Source: Setoptus koraiensis
Taxonomy: Eukaryota; Animalia; Arthropoda
Direction of reading: 5' to 3'
DNA: 64,000 bases
Assembly (NCBI GenBank): GCA_048013815.1
Contig: CM106586.1
Coordinates: 10,478,001-10,542,000 of the forward strand
Position 1 is the first letter of the stretch, and each line of letters starts with the position of its first letter. A program made the position numbers and the translations under genes. Below the pieces are notes generated by a model. The model did no database searches. It saw only the letters and a list, made by a program, of their open reading frames with translations, and was not told where the DNA came from. Below, piece by piece: positions 60,177 through 64,000 of this stretch.

Positions 60177-61249
60177 GAGCCCAATGAAACGGCCATAAAT
60201 GGTGCAAATTTCAATTGTGATGAATGACAATAATCGCACAATTGCGCAATCTCTCCCAGGCGCCGTCTGCATTAATTGCAGCGCGCCTATAATTGTGTGC
60301 ACATGTAATTGTAGAGCTCACCTGTTGCAATTAATTGGTCATGCCAAGCAATTGAACAATTAGCGCAGCGGCGCCAACTCTCGGCACTCGCACCGTCTGT
60401 CCGTATCATGGCCTGTTTCGCGCTCACCTGTCCAATCAAACAAGTTTGCTGGAACCTGTTGGGTGCCGAGAGTTGTTGTTGTTGTTGTCGCTCGCTGTCA
60501 ATTAACGATCACAAGCGAACGACGACCAAACATGTTTTATGTGAGCTCGCTCGATACCTTTCGAGCCTATATTTACTGCGCAACCGCCAGATATTTAGCT
60601 GACTGGCCAGTTTGACTTTTAACTAGCTAGCCCGTTTATTAGTCAGTTATTTGTGATATTTGTGATCATTTGCGATCGCTTGTGATCGCTTGTGATCGCT
60701 TGTGATCATTTGGCGGCGCACAGTGCAGCACCTATAACGATGATAAGGTGATCTCTCTCTATAAGGCCCGATGATCACAAATATCCGATTGCCAGACTCG
60801 ACTTTGATTGGCACTCACAGTGGGTAGCCAGCCTATAGTCACAGCTAGCTAATGCTTATAAACTTATTCACTAACTAGCTACACTAGCTGGCATCGTCAC
60901 AATAGTGTCACACAATAAATTGTTGTCGCTGCCAGTTGTGTTATGTCACAATTGACATTTGTATGTTTATTATTATTATTACCAACATTTGAATATATTT
61001 TGAATAGTCGCAATAATACAAATATTAGCGATAATGCACACACAAATATTAGCGATAATACACACAAATATTAGCGATAATACTCACAAATATTCGTGCG
61101 ATTGTGTGTGTCGTTGTGCGTCGTATCTAGTCGGGATACGACGAGACACACAACGAGATATTCATCAAATGTGTCATCTATTAAATATTAGTCATCTAAA
61201 GTGAGAGCATTCGCACATGGTGCGCATGTTGGGACACTTTTACGACACT

Positions 61250-61485
61250 TTCGGGATTTCGCGTCACTTTCGGGGTATCGCGACAGCTTCGGGCCAGTTC
61301 TGGTGTCGTTCCAGAACAGTTTCGGGGCGCTCTCGGAAGTTTCGGGACAGTTTCGGGGCGCTTTCGGGGCGCTCTCTGAAGTTTCGGAGCGCTTTCTGAA
61401 GTTTCGGAGCGCTTTCTGAAGTTTCGGGGTGCTTTCGGGGCGCTCTCTGAAGTTTCGGGGCGATTTCGGAATGGTTTCGGGGTGG
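61250..61485. repeat. Degenerate 20-bp minisatellite (AGTTTCGGAGCGCTTTCTGA-type), related to the 51.35-kb tract
   Basis: Shares the AGTTTCGG core; read directly. Confidence 0.85.
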
Positions 61486-62339
61486 CGAGATCGAGCCGGT
61501 CTGGACGAGTCAGTTGAGGCAGCCAGATCAATCAGATCGGCAATGGGCAGGCAGTGAGTGCGAGTGAGTCACACTTATATCAGCTAAATATTCAACGTAT
61601 TTAGTCAGTATCATCATATAAACTGAATTGAATGATAATTCACTTGTCGCCCGTTGGGCGAGCTGCCATGCGAAATATCCGCGTTGCAAGTAGCTGCCGA
61701 TTTGATAAACTAAAAACTGGCTAATAAACTGTTCGTAAGTTGACAGTGTGCGAGCACTTACCATCAGGCCGCCTATTTTATATCTTTATATGTTATGTAA
61801 TATTTATCTATTACACAAGATATGAAGCTGTTATTGTGTGTGTGTTGATGAGATAGCGAGATATAATGAATAATAATGAAAGAACAATATTGCGCAACAG
61901 CCTCGCTGTTGTGCCTGTTAAATTGGATGCAATTTATTTCCAATTTAACACTCGCTGCATGACATCGCTTCGTTATTGCGATATGTGCGATATGTGCGAG
62001 ATATAAGATTTAAGATATGAGATATGTGAGATGCGAGGGATATCATAAGATATTGCCAAGACATCTCAATATCTCACATGTTGTGTTGCGGCTCAATGTC
62101 TCATATGGTAGCTATAACGCATAATAGTTGTGTGAGATATCGCGACGGCGGCCTAAAAAACGCTCTCATCTGCTCTCGGCGGGGGCGGCCGCATGACGAC
62201 CGATGCGATTTCATGAATGCGAACGGCGATGCGGCGAGTTCATCGCTACCATTCGAATCGGCAGCCGTTGCGACGGCTCGCCACCGATCAATTGCGCAAT
62301 ATCCCTCGATTCGGGCCTGCCGAAGCGGGCTGTTCGGCC

Positions 62340-62416
62340 GGCAGATTCGCGGCAGGTTCGCGGCAGATTCGCGGCAGGTTCGCGGCAGGTTCGCGGCAGG
62401 TTCGCGGCAGATTCGC
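62340..62416. repeat. 11-bp tandem repeat x7 (GGCAG[A/G]TTCGC)
   Basis: Read directly from the sequence. Confidence 0.93.
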
Positions 62417-64000
62417 GAGGTTCGCGACATGAGAAATGAAGTATCTCGCATTGTGCGATATTTCGGATCGGATTGTGAGCAGTGTTCGCATGCAGCGGGC
62501 CTCGCACCGCCGCCGGATACCGCCCGAACAGCGCGTCTGAGCGTTGCGCAAGTATTTGTGAGTATCTGTGCAAGTATGTGCGAGTATCTGTGCGAGTATT
62601 TGCGAAAATATAAATATTTGCGTGCGCTCATTTGCATATCGAACGCTCATTGGCAGCGCTCGTCGTGTCGGCGCGCACCGACACCGACGACAACAACAAC
62701 AACACACACACACACAATATTGCATTATTGGATAATCTTATATAATGATATTATGATGTTGTGATGCAATGATAGCGCACGATGTGATGCGCGATTAACG
62801 ACACTCGACAACTATTATGCCTGTTTATATTTATATATCTATTTGTGACTCATGCATGCATTTATGCTGTTGTTGCCGTTGTTGCTGCTGTTGTTGCCGT
62901 TGTTGCCGTTGTGCAACAGCAGCAACAACAACGCGCAGCGACTAGACGGCGACTAGGCAACAGCCACGACAACGACCGAGCCAGTTAGTTGGTGGCAGAG
63001 CGAGCCTTCTTTTTATGGCCGCAATCAAACTTTTTCTAATTCTTCTCGTTCGCGTTCTCGTTCGCAACGTTCATTGGCGCGCCGGCCGCGCAGGCCAACA
63101 AATCAACGAATTCCTCGCTACAAATTCAAATCAATTCGCAGTCAGCGTATTCTCGTCTCGTTTGCAAGGTCTCACTCGAGTCGCTGCGATCCCGAGTCGC
63201 TCGCGATTACGAGCCGATGCCGAATGGTTGCCGTCTCAAGTCGGTGGCGTCTGAGAGCGAGTTGCGCGAATTAAATCACCAACTGACAACGACTCAACTC
63301 GCTTGCCCCTAAACTGGGCGCCCCGCCACTGGCGTGTGTGTGGCCGTATATCTTGGTCGTCTGTTTTTTTATTACATAACAACCGCGCCACTTGCCTCTT
63401 TGCCATTTCCGGTGCCATCTGTTCGCTCTCTCGGTCGTCGCTGGCGTCGCTGCTGTTGGCGTTGGCGCGAACAACAACCAACCACCACAGCCGAGCCAGA
63501 CAAAGGCCGATGTGGGTGCCTCTAATCGCTCGTTTCGGCGGCCACTCGGCCGCACTCGGCCGCAGCTCGGCCGCAGCTCGGCCGAAGCTCGGGGGCCCAG
63601 CCCAGCGGACGCCCGACCGACCGACAGACCGACCGACAGACCGACCGAGCGCCAGCTCAACGATGCCCATTACGTCATTTTGAGTGGCTGGCGGCGGCGT
63701 TGCGTCATTGCAAGTGCTCGCATATTATCCAGTGCACAACACACACACACACACGACACAACGGGCGCATTGTGTTTTAATGCGCTGCCAAGTGCACATC
63801 CCAAAAAACACATGTAAATTACACACGACGCAATGTTTGTGTGTAAGTGGCCTTTATGAGTAGCGTTGAGTGATGTTATGTAATGAATTGATGCGATTGC
63901 GATTGAGATTGAGACAATGTGCAGCGGCGGGCCCGCAATCGAACGTTGTTGCCGTTGTTTCTGTCGTTGTCGCTGTTGCTCGGTTGTCGCTGTTGCTCGG

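Overview
Eukaryotic genomic DNA from an arthropod, most plausibly a mite. The taxon is inferred from the protein families, the few short GT-AG introns and the polyQ-rich developmental genes. The window has two sharply different compartments. (1) 1-15.3 kb is gene-dense and largely free of simple repeats. It holds a tandem pair of long-type ABCC/MRP transporters whose nucleotide-binding domains are nearly identical while the membrane domains have diverged, a divergent LSm4, a 3-exon HSD17B12/KAR-type reductase, and a UBFD1 pseudogene cut off by an 85-bp hairpin-bearing tandem array. (2) 15.4-64 kb is gene-sparse, CpG-rich and full of simple repeats. It holds a ~1,950-aa single-exon low-complexity orphan protein, a SKOR/fussel gene (2 exons) and, head-to-head with it, the ARID exon of dead ringer/retained (ARID3). 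The non-coding DNA here contains dozens of unrelated short tandem arrays, many with 10-11 or 20-22 bp periods. It also has an excess of PAR/C-EBP-type bZIP palindromes (some amplified by tandem arrays), E-box clusters, a recurring alternating TTGTGA/TCACAA motif, a perfect 22-bp inverted repeat and a pre-miRNA-like hairpin. No rRNA, tRNA, CRISPR array or intact transposon was recognised. All counts and alignments were made by eye.
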